In this document: one piece after another, positions 20,147 to 30,312 of the stretch
Layout of the letters: every line of letters begins with the position of its first letter
How positions within the stretch are numbered: the first letter of the stretch is position 1
NCBI GenBank assembly: GCA_965261085.1
Contig: OZ253442.1
Coordinates: 1,696,001-1,760,000 of the forward strand
DNA: 64,000 nt
DNA from: a bacterium
GTDB lineage: Bacteria; UBA8248
Direction of reading: 5' to 3'
The notes under the pieces: model-generated
What the model saw: the letters and a program-made list of their open reading frames with translations, nothing else
Told to the model about the DNA's origin: nothing
The model's database searches: none
Program-made: the position numbers and the translations under genes

Positions 20147-21052
20147 CTATTTTCTCTTTATTCTCATTCCTGCGGCGTTCAGGAAAACCTCGAAAACCGA
20201 GTTGCCGTCCGCTTGTTCGAATCCGAGCGCGATGGCGGAGGTGTGCTGCTGGCGCGCGGCGGCTCCCAGGGGAACGGGTGCGCCCAGATCGTTCGCCTCC
20301 TCGATGCTGAGCCCCAGATCCTTGAAGCTTAGTCCCAAGTTCCCGATGACGTTGGAATAATCGCGCGCGGCCATCTCCGTGCCCTTGTAGAACATCAGGT
20401 TCGGGATCACGCTTCCCTGTAAAAACTTCATCATTTTGGGAGCCCTCATCCCCGCCTTCACCCCGAACGCCAGTCCCTCGGCCATGCCGGCGTGCTGGAT
20501 GTGCAGAATGTGGTTCGCCACCAGTTTCATGATCAAGCCGTTTCCGGATTTTCCCATATACGTGACGGACTTGCTGAACGCATCGAGCACGTCTCGGTGT
20601 TCCTTGAGCGCGGCCTCGTCTCCGCCCACGATGGTGGAGACTCCCTTGCGCTCTAAATGCGGAACGCTTCCGCTCACGGGCGCATCCAGAAAGGCGATTC
20701 CCTTCTTTTTGGCTTCTGCCGCGATCTGCTTCGCCAGACCGACGCTGCTCGTTGAAAGCTCGAAACAGACAGCACCGCGGCGCATCGCCTTGAGCGCGCC
20801 GCCTGCGCCTAGGTAGACATCCTGCACGATGGCGGTTTTGGGAAGCGAACTGCACACAACGTCCGCGCCCTTGACGGTCGCCGCAACGGTTTTCGCGGTT
20901 TTCGCGCCGTTTTTCTTGGCCGCCGAGACGGCTTTGGGAAAAGGGTCGTAGCCGGTGACGTCGAAGCCCGCATCTACCAGGTGTTTCGCCATCAAACTAC
21001 CCATGCGGCCCAGGCCCAGGAACCCGATCTTTTTCTTTGCCTTTCGCGCCAT
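20147..21052 (-). CDS. Beta-hydroxyacid dehydrogenase, copy B
   Basis: GLGRMG, DAPVSG, MKLVAN. Confidence 0.9.
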   Translation of the reverse strand: MARKAKKKIGFLGLGRMGSLMAKHLVDAGFDVTGYDPFPKAVSAAKKNGAKTAKTVAATVKGADVVCSSLPKTAIVQDVYLGAGGALKAMRRGAVCFELSTSSVGLAKQIAAEAKKKGIAFLDAPVSGSVPHLERKGVSTIVGGDEAALKEHRDVLDAFSKSVTYMGKSGNGLIMKLVANHILHIQHAGMAEGLAFGVKAGMRAPKMMKFLQGSVIPNLMFYKGTEMAARDYSNVIGNLGLSFKDLGLSIEEANDLGAPVPLGAAARQQHTSAIALGFEQADGNSVFEVFLNAAGMRIKRK

Positions 21053-21182
21053 CTCTTCAGACTCCTGAAATCAAATGCGCCATCGCCCGCCGTCCGTGCT
21101 TGCGAACCGGCATGGGGCGCCTCTAAAAATCAGGCGTGGCGTCTTTCCACGCGAGCACATATTTCCGTTTGCCCCTATAAAT

Positions 21183-22088
21183 TTATTTTCTCTTCGGCCT
21201 CGTGCCCATGGCGTTCAGGAACGACTCGAAAACCGCGTTGAAATCCGCATCTTCGAGTCCGAGCGCCATGGCGGAGGTGTATTGCTGGCGCGCGGCGGCG
21301 CCCAGGGGAACAGGTACGCCCAAATCATTCGCCTCGTTGATGCTGAGCCCCAAATCCTTGTAACTGATGCCCAGGTTGGCGATGACGTCGGAATAATCGC
21401 GCGCCGCCATGGTCGTACCTTTGTAGTGGATGAGGAGGGGAATCACGCTTCCTTGTAAGAATTTCATCATTTTGGGAGCCGTCAGTCCCGCCTTCATCCC
21501 GAACGCGAGGCCTTCGGCCATACCGGAATGCTGGATGTTCAGAATGTGGTTCGTCACCAGTTTCATGATCAGGCCGTTTCCGGATTTCCCCATGTAGGTG
21601 ATGGACTTGCTGAAGGGGTCGAGCACGTCGCGGTGTTCTTTGAGCGCGGCCTGGTCTCCACCGACGATGGTGGATACCTCCTTGCGCTCCAGATGCGGGA
21701 TGCTTCCGCTCACGGGAGCATCCAGAAAGGCGATTCCCTTTTTCTCGGCTTGCGCGGCGATCTCCTTTGCGAGGGCGACGCTGCTCGTCGAAAGCTCAAA
21801 ACAGACGACGCCCCGCCGCGCCGTCTCGAGCACGCCCTTGGGACCCAGGTAGACGTTCCTCACGACGGCGGGGGTGGGGAGCGAACTGCATACAACGTCG
21901 GCGCCCTTCACGGCCGCTGCTACGGTTCTCGCGGTTTTGGCGCCATTTTCCTTAGCAGTAGCGACGGCTTCTGGGGAGGGATCGTAACCCGTGACATGAA
22001 GACCGGCGTCGACCTGGTGCTTCGTCATCAATCCGCCCATGCGGCCTAAGCCGAGGAATGCGATTTTTTTCGTTGCGTTGCGCGCCAT
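21183..22088 (-). CDS. Beta-hydroxyacid dehydrogenase, copy C (close paralogue of B)
   Basis: GLGRMG, DAPVSG, MKLVTN; same length as B with long identical stretches. Confidence 0.9.
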   Translation of the reverse strand: MARNATKKIAFLGLGRMGGLMTKHQVDAGLHVTGYDPSPEAVATAKENGAKTARTVAAAVKGADVVCSSLPTPAVVRNVYLGPKGVLETARRGVVCFELSTSSVALAKEIAAQAEKKGIAFLDAPVSGSIPHLERKEVSTIVGGDQAALKEHRDVLDPFSKSITYMGKSGNGLIMKLVTNHILNIQHSGMAEGLAFGMKAGLTAPKMMKFLQGSVIPLLIHYKGTTMAARDYSDVIANLGISYKDLGLSINEANDLGVPVPLGAAARQQYTSAMALGLEDADFNAVFESFLNAMGTRPKRK

Positions 22089-22097
22089 TTTTCTCTC

Positions 22098-22976
22098 CTA
22101 TCTATCGAGCCCGAGCAGTTTCAGGGGGTTTTCCACGAGTATTTTTTCACGAACGCTCTCATCCGGCGCCCAGTCGAACAGTTGATCCAGCAAATCACCA
22201 TCGTTGGGCATCGGTATCTTACAGACGGGATGCGGCCAGTCCGTACCCCAGATGACGCGCGCAGGCGCCGTTTCGATGAGGGCGCGAGCGATGGGGTCCA
22301 CGTCCGTGTAGGGTGTCTGAGGGAGGCTCGTGATGCGGTAGGCGCCTGTGATTTTCACCCACGTCTTGCCCTCTTTGAGCAAATCCATAAATTCCCGGAG
22401 CGGTCCCAACCCCTCGCTCGCCGGAACGTAGCCCATGTGGCCGAAAACACTGTGGACGGGCAGGGAGGAGAAGGTTTTTCTCAACTCGGGGAATTCATGC
22501 ACGTGAATGAGAAACTCCATGTGCCAGCCCATGCTCTCGATGCGATCGCCCATTGCCTGAACGTCTGAAAACGAAGCGAAGGGATTCCCGCCCTTGTCCG
22601 CGAGGTTGATGCGGATGCCGCGAACGCCCGCGTCGTGGAGGCTGGTAAGTTCTTCCTCGCTCACCTCCTTGTCCACGGAGGCTACGCCCATGAGTCTCCC
22701 ATCCGAGCGGGCCATGGCGTCGAGCATGGCGGTGTTGTCGACCCCGTAAACGCTGGGCTGGGTGAGGACGCCGCGCGCCACACCGAGCGTTCGGTGGAGG
22801 GATTCGTATGCCGCAAGCGTAGCGTCGGGAGGCGTGTAGCCCCGTCGGGGGGAATAGGTGTATTTGCTCTCGGGGCCGAAGATGTGCCCATGCGTGTCCC
22901 ACGAGTTAGGGGGGAGTTTGAAACGTGGCGCCCTGGGGCGGGGGTCTGGGGGCGGGCAGGGGAGCATATCCGGCAT
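22098..22976 (-). CDS. Amidohydrolase_2 family lactonase (LigI / 2-pyrone-4,6-dicarboxylate lactonase-like)
   Basis: DTHGHIFG, YTPP, QPSVYG.DN, RGIRIN, WGTDWPHP. Confidence 0.88.
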   Translation of the reverse strand: MPDMLPCPPPDPRPRAPRFKLPPNSWDTHGHIFGPESKYTYSPRRGYTPPDATLAAYESLHRTLGVARGVLTQPSVYGVDNTAMLDAMARSDGRLMGVASVDKEVSEEELTSLHDAGVRGIRINLADKGGNPFASFSDVQAMGDRIESMGWHMEFLIHVHEFPELRKTFSSLPVHSVFGHMGYVPASEGLGPLREFMDLLKEGKTWVKITGAYRITSLPQTPYTDVDPIARALIETAPARVIWGTDWPHPVCKIPMPNDGDLLDQLFDWAPDESVREKILVENPLKLLGLDR

Positions 22977-22988
22977 ACGCGTTTCCCT

Positions 22989-23288
22989 CTAGTGGAGGTC
23001 GCCCTCGCGGCCATAGAGCTTGTGACGAGGTCGTCCTGCCAGAATCTCCGCTTTTCCCCAGTCCGTGACGGCGCGAAACGCGTCGCTCCTGATGAAGGTC
23101 ATGAAGTCTTCCTGCGCCTTCCACTCCGAGAGGATGGTATAGGAATTCGGTTTTTTTACCTGTTGATACAAAAGGCTCTGCACGTGTCCGGCCTGTCCTT
23201 CCAGGGTGTCGGTCACGGTCTCGAATTTCTCTTCGAATTCTTTCTCCTTGCCCGGCAGCACATCGTAATACATGCCTACGGTGATCAT
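22989..23288 (-). CDS. Antibiotic biosynthesis monooxygenase (ABM) family protein
   Basis: 99 aa, YDVLPGKEKEFE...ILSEW...F..F..S.AF pattern. Confidence 0.8.
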   Translation of the reverse strand: MITVGMYYDVLPGKEKEFEEKFETVTDTLEGQAGHVQSLLYQQVKKPNSYTILSEWKAQEDFMTFIRSDAFRAVTDWGKAEILAGRPRHKLYGREGDLH

Positions 23289-23316
23289 GTTCCGCTCCTT
23301 GCCTGATGCTGTTGAA

Positions 23317-24186
23317 TCATCCTAGATAGTCACGCTCCCACGTCTGAATTTCCGAGATGCCCAGGGCGTCGTTGTATTCCTGAAAAGTGGCCATCATCTC
23401 GCGCGCCGAGCGCGTTGAATTCTCCTCTTTGAGGATGTGCAGTACGTCGTTCACCGCTTTTAGGTATGTGCAGCGCACGATGCCTGGGTAGATGATGACG
23501 CCGAAGCCGAGTTCTCCGAGTTCATCCACACTGAGGGCTGCCTCGCGCCTCGATTCATCGAGCGTGGTGACGTGGGGTGGGGGGACCTCCGCGCCGATTT
23601 TCCTGAGTTCTTCCTCCGTGCCTTCCACCTCGATGAACGTGAGGTCGGCCCCCGCCTCTTTATAGGCGACGGCCCGGCGGATAGCCTCGTCCAGCCCATG
23701 GTCGGAGGCTGCGTCCGTACGGGCGAGGATGAGGAAGTCCTTGCTCTGGCGGGTGTCCAGGGCCGCCTTGAGCTTACCGAGTTGTTCTTCCAGCGAAATG
23801 ACCGGGACCGAGCCGGGCAGGAAACCGCACCTTTTGGGAGTCACCTGATCCTCGATCTGGATGCACGCTACGCCCGCCGATTCGAGTTCGCGGACGGTGC
23901 GAATCATGTTCACGGCGTTGCCGTAGCCGGTGTCGGCGTCCGCGATGAGGGGAATCGAAGTGGCCTGGACAATGTTCCGGGAAACGTCGGCCACCTCGCG
24001 CAGCGTCATGAAGCCCACGTCCGGCTTGCCGAGGAGCGCCGCCGAGGCGCCGTTGCCCGTCAGATAGTTCACCTCGAACCCCGCCTGCTCCACCATGCGC
24101 GCACTGAAGGCGTCGATGCAGGCGGGAGCAAGCACGGGTCGTTTCTCTTCCAATAGCGCCCGGAGGCGCGCTCCGCGATGATCCAT
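23317..24186 (-). CDS. Isocitrate lyase / PEP mutase family enzyme
   Basis: DADTGYG, IEDQ..PKRCG, ARTDA, EAGAD. Confidence 0.9.
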   Translation of the reverse strand: MDHRGARLRALLEEKRPVLAPACIDAFSARMVEQAGFEVNYLTGNGASAALLGKPDVGFMTLREVADVSRNIVQATSIPLIADADTGYGNAVNMIRTVRELESAGVACIQIEDQVTPKRCGFLPGSVPVISLEEQLGKLKAALDTRQSKDFLILARTDAASDHGLDEAIRRAVAYKEAGADLTFIEVEGTEEELRKIGAEVPPPHVTTLDESRREAALSVDELGELGFGVIIYPGIVRCTYLKAVNDVLHILKEENSTRSAREMMATFQEYNDALGISEIQTWERDYLG

Positions 24187-24328
24187 GGTTTTATCCCTCA
24201 AATAGATGGATAACAGGTTATTCGGAAGTTCTCCCACCACCGGCCTCGTGTCAAGCGAGCCTTGTATTCCGCGCGACCCGGGGTTAGGTTAGATATTACC
24301 TCCACGACAAGAACAGGGTCCACGTTCC

Positions 24329-25102
24329 ATGCCGAAGAAGCGCTCTCCTCGAGTCGAGTGTGAAGAGATGGCGGTGCTCGCCCACGCCGTCCAGCGTTCG
24401 CTGGCAGAGGGTTGCATCGGTCTTAATCACTTGTCCACGCCCCTGGGACGCGCCAATTATCTGCGCAAAGCGGGCATCGTGAAAAACCTGAAGCCGGATG
24501 GCGGCAGGTTGCTGGATTGGGGATGCGGCTATGGGCAAATGTCTTATTTGCTTAGAAACCGGGGTTTCGAGGTCGTTTCGTACACCATCGAGTCGAGGGA
24601 GCCCTCTCCTTCGAATTTTTTTCTCCGCGAACAGACCCTCGATGTCGTTTATGGTGAAGACCCTGTTTGGCTTCCATTCGAGGATGAATCTTTCGACGTC
24701 GTTTTGTCCTGCGGCGTTTTGGAGCATGTGGAAGACGAGAGCGGTTCGCTCACAGAAATTCGGCGCATCTTGCGCCCCGGAGGGTTGTTCGTCGTGTTGA
24801 TGCTTCCCAACGAATGGAGCTATGTGGAGTTCATGACGAGAAACGTCTTCAAGGCGAGTGATCACGACCGGCTCTATTCTATCAAAAAGATGTGTCGCCT
24901 CCTTTCCCGGTTCGGGTTTCAGGCAATCAGGACATGGCATTCGAATACTCTGCCGAAGAATTTAACCCCTTTGCCGGAAGCGTTGAGGCAATTGCTGGGA
25001 GCGCATCCACGGATATGGCTGGGTGCGGAGGTCTGGCTATCCAGGATTCCTCCCGTTTCCTGGTTTAGCGGGGTCGTCGAAGGCGTTTTTGTCCGTGTGT
25101 AG
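24329..25102 (+). CDS. Class I SAM-dependent methyltransferase
   Basis: LLDWGCGYG, LPFEDESFD, VLEHV, RILRPGG. Confidence 0.88.
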   Translation: MPKKRSPRVECEEMAVLAHAVQRSLAEGCIGLNHLSTPLGRANYLRKAGIVKNLKPDGGRLLDWGCGYGQMSYLLRNRGFEVVSYTIESREPSPSNFFLREQTLDVVYGEDPVWLPFEDESFDVVLSCGVLEHVEDESGSLTEIRRILRPGGLFVVLMLPNEWSYVEFMTRNVFKASDHDRLYSIKKMCRLLSRFGFQAIRTWHSNTLPKNLTPLPEALRQLLGAHPRIWLGAEVWLSRIPPVSWFSGVVEGVFVRV

Positions 25103-25350
25103 CGAAAATATATTGAGAGGTGGAATCGACCGGCGAGACGTGCAAGTATTCGTAGGTAGCGGTTTTAATCGCCTGAAATGTGCCGCAAGCGCCTTGCGCT
25201 TTTTCAGAGATACCGCTTTACTGGAAGCCCTGCACTCATAGGACCCACCAAATTTCTGGAATGAGAGCAATCGAAAATTTCAAGATTTCCGGATGATGGT
25301 AGTTCAGCACCGCTATGCCGCGAGGCATGCGCCTTCAGCATGGGTGGGTC

Positions 25351-26469
25351 ATGATGCGTGTTTTAGTTATTTCCCGCTTTTGCGCGTCTCCGATTTATCG
25401 GGCGAAGTTCGCCGCGCTCGCCCGGCGACCCGGGTTGGAAGTTTCTCTGCTCGTGCCTGCGAAGTGGAGAGAAGGCGCTCGGGTGCTCACCTGCCGAGAA
25501 GGTGAAGAGGACGGCTACCGGATTTTCACCGGTCCCTTGATTTTCAGCGGCAAGGTAGGCGGGCATGTTTACCGCCGGGGACTCTGGAAGGCGCTCAGAG
25601 GAGTGCGGCCGGACATCATTCATCTGGAGGAGGAGTCCTACGGCTTCGCCGCGGCCCAGGTGTTGCTTTATCTAGCACTGATGCGAGCGCGCCCGAAGCT
25701 CATGATCAACAACTCGGAGAATTTCGACATTGTTCTCCCCTGGCGCGCCCGCAGAGTCGAAAAAATCGTTTTTCGCCGGGCGGACGCGCTGTTGGTCTTT
25801 GCCCGTACCGCCCGGGAAAGGTTGTTGCGCCTCGGCGCGCCGCCGGAAAAAGTGAGAACGCTGCCCCAATTCGGCCTGGACCCGGAACTTTTTCGCCCCC
25901 CTGAACCGGGTGTGCGTGGCGATGTTTTTTGCGTCGGGTATGTTGGGCGACTCGTCCACTCGAAAGGGGTGGACATCCTCTTGAGAGCGCTTGCCGGCTT
26001 TTCGGGGGAGTGGATAGCGCAGATCGTGGGGGATGGGGATGAGCGGGAAACGCTCGAGCGTCTGGCGCGATCCCTCGGGATAGAAGATCGGGTCGAATTC
26101 TTAGGGTGGGTCGACCACTTCGACGTGCCCGGGTATTTGCACAGGTGGCATGTTTTGGCGCTGCCATCGAGAACAACCACGCGCTGGAGAGAGCAGTTCG
26201 GCCGGGTGTTGATTGAGGCGATGGGCTGCGGCGTGGTTCCCGTGGGAGCGGCCACGGGCGAAATCCCGTACGTCATCGGCGAGGAGGGGTTCGTATTTCC
26301 CGAAGATGACGTAGAGGCTTTCCGGAAAATTCTCCAGAAACTGAACAACGAACCCCATGAGCGCAAACGGATAACGGAGGTGGGCCGAAAAAGAGTGCTG
26401 GAAGAATTTACCTGGGATGTGCTGGCCGAAAAAGCCCATCGTCTCTATGAAGACATCTTGAATGTGTGA
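25351..26469 (+). CDS. Glycosyltransferase family 4
   Basis: YVGRL...KG, EQFGRVLIEAMGCG. Confidence 0.9.
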   Translation: MMRVLVISRFCASPIYRAKFAALARRPGLEVSLLVPAKWREGARVLTCREGEEDGYRIFTGPLIFSGKVGGHVYRRGLWKALRGVRPDIIHLEEESYGFAAAQVLLYLALMRARPKLMINNSENFDIVLPWRARRVEKIVFRRADALLVFARTARERLLRLGAPPEKVRTLPQFGLDPELFRPPEPGVRGDVFCVGYVGRLVHSKGVDILLRALAGFSGEWIAQIVGDGDERETLERLARSLGIEDRVEFLGWVDHFDVPGYLHRWHVLALPSRTTTRWREQFGRVLIEAMGCGVVPVGAATGEIPYVIGEEGFVFPEDDVEAFRKILQKLNNEPHERKRITEVGRKRVLEEFTWDVLAEKAHRLYEDILNV

Positions 26470-26639
26470 GGTGAGGGCGCATGGACGAAGTGTGGAGGGC
26501 GGCATCGCTCATGACCCGCTTGGGTTCCGGGGGCGTTATATATTTCCTGGGATTATGTGGGGCGGAATTTCCGCCGAGGGGCGAAGCGCGATATATTCTT
26601 TATTGCCTGTGAGATTGAAATTCTTTTCGAGAGTGCAAG

Positions 26640-27947
26640 ATGGATAGGTTGGAAAATGTAGGGATGCGCGAATCATCCCACGATGCGGCGACTTTTTTCG
26701 ATGAGGCTCGCTTGCGCCTGCCTCCCAAATCCGCCGCGCCCTCGATGAGAGAGGTGCTCAGGCCGGAGCGGGGCCACAGGATTTCCGTTTTCGAGCGCAG
26801 CTACCACTATAAGAGGTTTCCGGTGAGGTGGGCGTTTCGCGCGCTCGACCTGATGGGTGAGACCTTTGTTCGCAAGACGAGGGAGCGACCACCGGCCATT
26901 CGCCGCGTTCTTTTGATGCGCCCCGACCATATCGGCGACGTCGTCTGCACGCTGCCTGCCATCCATGCGCTTCGCGAGAACCTGCCGGATGCACAAATCG
27001 ACCTTCTCATTAGCTCATCGGCGCGCTCTTTATTCAGGGATCCGGGCGAAGAATTGGACGGGGTGGATTTCCTCGTCTTCAATGCATCCTGGCGCGACAG
27101 GCCGAATCGCAAGAAGTTCGCTTTCCTCTCCATGAGTCGTCTGAGGCGTTTGCTCAGATTGAGAGCCGAGGAAATCGGAGGGCCCTACGATCTGGCGGTG
27201 GATTTTGCCGGCGATTTTCAATCGATCATCGCGGCCAGGCTCGCGGGTGCGCGCTATCTGGTCGGGCGGGGAATCAGGGGATTCGGCTTCGGACTGGACG
27301 TAGAGGCCGAGGAGTTCCCGAAACGCCACCAGGTGGAATTTAATTTAGGTATGCTCGAATATGCGGGGCTGGGTCCGTTCGAGACGAAAAACCCCGCGCT
27401 GAAGCTCTCTAAAGCAGAACTGGCCGAGGGGCGCGCCTGTGTATCCGCCCTGGTGGAGGGCGACTCGGACTTTTTGATCGGAATTCACCCGGGTGCCGGA
27501 GGAGAAGAGAGAATATGGAGCCCGAAACTTTACGGGGAGTTGATCAGGCGGGTTGTCTCCACTCTTCCCGCTCGGGTCCTGCTGCTGGGCGGGCCGGATG
27601 ATCGGCAAGTCGTCGATGCGATACTCAAATCCATGAAGGGCGTTCGCGTCCGGGGCACTATTGTGGACATGTGCGAGAAAGTTCAGCATCTCCGCTCGCT
27701 CATGGGGGTGATGAAGGCCTGCCGATTGTTCATCGGCAACGACTCGGGCCCCACCCATATCGCCGCGGCGCTTGGCGTTCCCGTGATTTGCATCTTTCAG
27801 GGACCGGCTGAACCAAGCGTTTGGGGGCCGCGTGGCCCGAATGTTGTGGTGTTGCGAAAGCGTCTCGCTTCCGCAAGCGGTACTCATACGGACAAAGAGA
27901 ATCAGGAACTCGAGCGCTTCTACGAGGCGGTGAAGAGATGCGTATAG
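26640..27947 (+). CDS. Glycosyltransferase family 9 (LPS heptosyltransferase-like)
   Basis: DHIGDVV, IHPGAG, IGNDSGPTHIAAALG. Confidence 0.9.
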   Translation: MDRLENVGMRESSHDAATFFDEARLRLPPKSAAPSMREVLRPERGHRISVFERSYHYKRFPVRWAFRALDLMGETFVRKTRERPPAIRRVLLMRPDHIGDVVCTLPAIHALRENLPDAQIDLLISSSARSLFRDPGEELDGVDFLVFNASWRDRPNRKKFAFLSMSRLRRLLRLRAEEIGGPYDLAVDFAGDFQSIIAARLAGARYLVGRGIRGFGFGLDVEAEEFPKRHQVEFNLGMLEYAGLGPFETKNPALKLSKAELAEGRACVSALVEGDSDFLIGIHPGAGGEERIWSPKLYGELIRRVVSTLPARVLLLGGPDDRQVVDAILKSMKGVRVRGTIVDMCEKVQHLRSLMGVMKACRLFIGNDSGPTHIAAALGVPVICIFQGPAEPSVWGPRGPNVVVLRKRLASASGTHTDKENQELERFYEAVKRCV

Positions 27948-29068
27948 GGATTGACGCCCGGATGCTCTCGAAGGGCGGCATCGGCGCCTATTTGAAAACT
28001 TTGCTCGCCGGGCTCAGCAGGCGCGACGACGATGTCGAATACGTAGTGTTCCTGCAAGAAAAGGATATGGATGGTTGCGCAGGTCTGGGTAGTAATTTCA
28101 GGCGGCTGGTTTGCGCGGCGGCGCCCTATTCGCTCGCCGAGCAGGTGACGCTGCCCCGGCTCCTGGGGCGCGAGCGGCTGGATTTGATACACCATCCGCA
28201 TTATTTCGCTCCTTTTTTCGGCCATACGCCCATGGTGGCGACGATTCATGATTTGATCCATCAGTTGTTTCCGGCGCTTTGCCCTTCGCCGCTGCATTGG
28301 CGCGCCTCCAAATGGATGATCGCAAGAACGGCGCAGCGGGCGCGTCTGATTCTCACTGTTTCCGAACACACGAAGAGAGATATCGCGGAGCAAGTGGGTG
28401 TCCCGGATGAAAAGATACGCGTGACGCACAACGCCCTGCCGCCTGGCTGGGAGGATGGGCGTGCTTCCAGGCCCGAAGCCCTGGAAAAACTCGGGGATGC
28501 GCCTTATTTCCTGTATGTGGGAAACCACAAACGCCATAAGAACCTGCATCTGTTGCTCGACGCCTTTGCGGATTTACTGAAGGAAGCGAGCGGAGTTCGT
28601 CTCGTCATGACGGGTGAACGGGAGAGTCTCGAGGATGTTTTGCGCTTTTTGAGGCTGGACGAGGAGGTGGTGTTTCTGGGGCAGATGCCTCAGGAGGCGC
28701 TGCCGGGCATCTATCGATCCGCGCTGGCGCTGGTGTTTCCCTCCCATTACGAGGGGTTCGGCTACCCTCCTCTGGAGGCCATGGCATGCGGCACGCCGCC
28801 GATTGTATCGGACGCAGCATCCCTGCCCGAAGTGGTCGGCGACGCCGGTCTGATCGTCGCGCGGGGGGATAAGGGCGCCTTGCGAAACGCGATGCTGCGC
28901 TTTCTCACGGAGCCGGGCCTGAGAGACGCCCTCGCTGAAAAGTCGAAAGAGCGGGCGCGCTTTTTTCACTGGGAAAAACTCGCCGCCGAAACGCACCGCG
29001 CCTACAGCGACGCCCTTTCGTGTTCGCCCGGGAGGATCCCCGCCTCGCCATCCGTCTCCAGGCCGTGA
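27938..29068 (+). CDS. Glycosyltransferase family 4 (WbaZ/MtfB-like)
   Basis: MRIGIDAR, TIHDL, HKN, EGFGYPPLEAMACG. Confidence 0.9.
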   Translation: MRIGIDARMLSKGGIGAYLKTLLAGLSRRDDDVEYVVFLQEKDMDGCAGLGSNFRRLVCAAAPYSLAEQVTLPRLLGRERLDLIHHPHYFAPFFGHTPMVATIHDLIHQLFPALCPSPLHWRASKWMIARTAQRARLILTVSEHTKRDIAEQVGVPDEKIRVTHNALPPGWEDGRASRPEALEKLGDAPYFLYVGNHKRHKNLHLLLDAFADLLKEASGVRLVMTGERESLEDVLRFLRLDEEVVFLGQMPQEALPGIYRSALALVFPSHYEGFGYPPLEAMACGTPPIVSDAASLPEVVGDAGLIVARGDKGALRNAMLRFLTEPGLRDALAEKSKERARFFHWEKLAAETHRAYSDALSCSPGRIPASPSVSRP

Positions 29069-29084
29069 GACCTCAGGAGCAGAC

Positions 29085-30281
29085 ATGCGGGTAGCGATCG
29101 TGCACGATTGGCTCACGAGCATGAGAGGCGGGGAGAAATGCCTCGAGGTGTTTTGTGAGATATACCCGGAGGCGGATATTTTCACGCTGTTTCATCTGCC
29201 GGGTTCGGTTTCTGAGGCCATCGAGCGCCACCGCATACATACCAGCCCCTTACAGTGGATTCCCGGCGCCAAGCGCTGCTATCGCCACATGCTTCCCCTC
29301 ATGCCGACGGCAGTGCGGATGTTCTCCCTCGAGGAATACGATTTCATCCTCTCCAGCTCGCATTGCGTCGCAAAAGGAGCGAAGGGAGGTTATGAAACAT
29401 ATCACCTCAGCTATTGCCATACGCCGATGCGCTACGCCTGGAGCGGGTATGAGGAGTATCTCGCGCGTTTAGGCGGCGCGGCCAAGTGGTTTTTCCCCCG
29501 CCTCGTCGAGTACCTGAGAAAGTGGGACAACGAAGCCAACAGGGGAGTGCATGATTTTATCGCCAACAGCTATACGGTGGCGGAGCGTATCCGTCGCTAT
29601 TACGGCAGAGAAGCAGCGGATGTGCTCTACCCTCCGGTGGATACGGAGTTCTACCAGTCCCGAAATGAGCGCGTATCGGATTATTACCTCATGGTCACGG
29701 CGTTCGCGCCTTACAAGCGCGTCGATGTGGCGGTCGAGGCGTTCGGGCGGCTCGGCCGCCCGCTCATGGTGGTGGGAGAGGGGCAGGATTTCGAGCGCAT
29801 CCGAGTGCTGGGAAAACCGAACGTGGAGTTCCTGGGCTGGCAGGACGATGAAACCATCCGCGAGCTTTACGCGCGGTGCCGCGCCTTCATCTTTCCGGGG
29901 GAGGAGGACTTCGGCATCACCCCGCTCGAGGCCCAGGCGTGCGGTCGTCCGGTTCTCGCCCTGGGCGCGGGTGGCGCGCTCGAAACCGTCGTGGGCGTGA
30001 ATACGCAGGAATATGAAGTTCCGCCGGGCTTCACCCCTTGGGCTGAGGCGGAAGATGACGAAGCGGAGCCTACGGGAATGTTTTTCTCTTGTTCAGAGCC
30101 GTCGCATATCGAAGAAGCCGTCCTGGCGTTCGAGAGGATGGAGCACATGTTTTCTCCTAAAGCCGCGCGCAAACAAGCAGAACGATTCGCTCGTGAGAAC
30201 TTCAAGAAAGCGGCGAGGGAGCGTTTCCGGCGGGGTTGGCTGAATCACCGCGATCGTCTGGAAAAATCGGATGAAATATAA
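29085..30281 (+). CDS. Glycosyltransferase family 4 (mannosyltransferase-like)
   Basis: VHDWL..MRGGE, YCHTPMRY, EDFGITPLEAQACG. Confidence 0.9.
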   Translation: MRVAIVHDWLTSMRGGEKCLEVFCEIYPEADIFTLFHLPGSVSEAIERHRIHTSPLQWIPGAKRCYRHMLPLMPTAVRMFSLEEYDFILSSSHCVAKGAKGGYETYHLSYCHTPMRYAWSGYEEYLARLGGAAKWFFPRLVEYLRKWDNEANRGVHDFIANSYTVAERIRRYYGREAADVLYPPVDTEFYQSRNERVSDYYLMVTAFAPYKRVDVAVEAFGRLGRPLMVVGEGQDFERIRVLGKPNVEFLGWQDDETIRELYARCRAFIFPGEEDFGITPLEAQACGRPVLALGAGGALETVVGVNTQEYEVPPGFTPWAEAEDDEAEPTGMFFSCSEPSHIEEAVLAFERMEHMFSPKAARKQAERFARENFKKAARERFRRGWLNHRDRLEKSDEI

Positions 30282-30312
30282 TGAGTAAGAGAGTAACACT
30301 GATAAGATAAGG

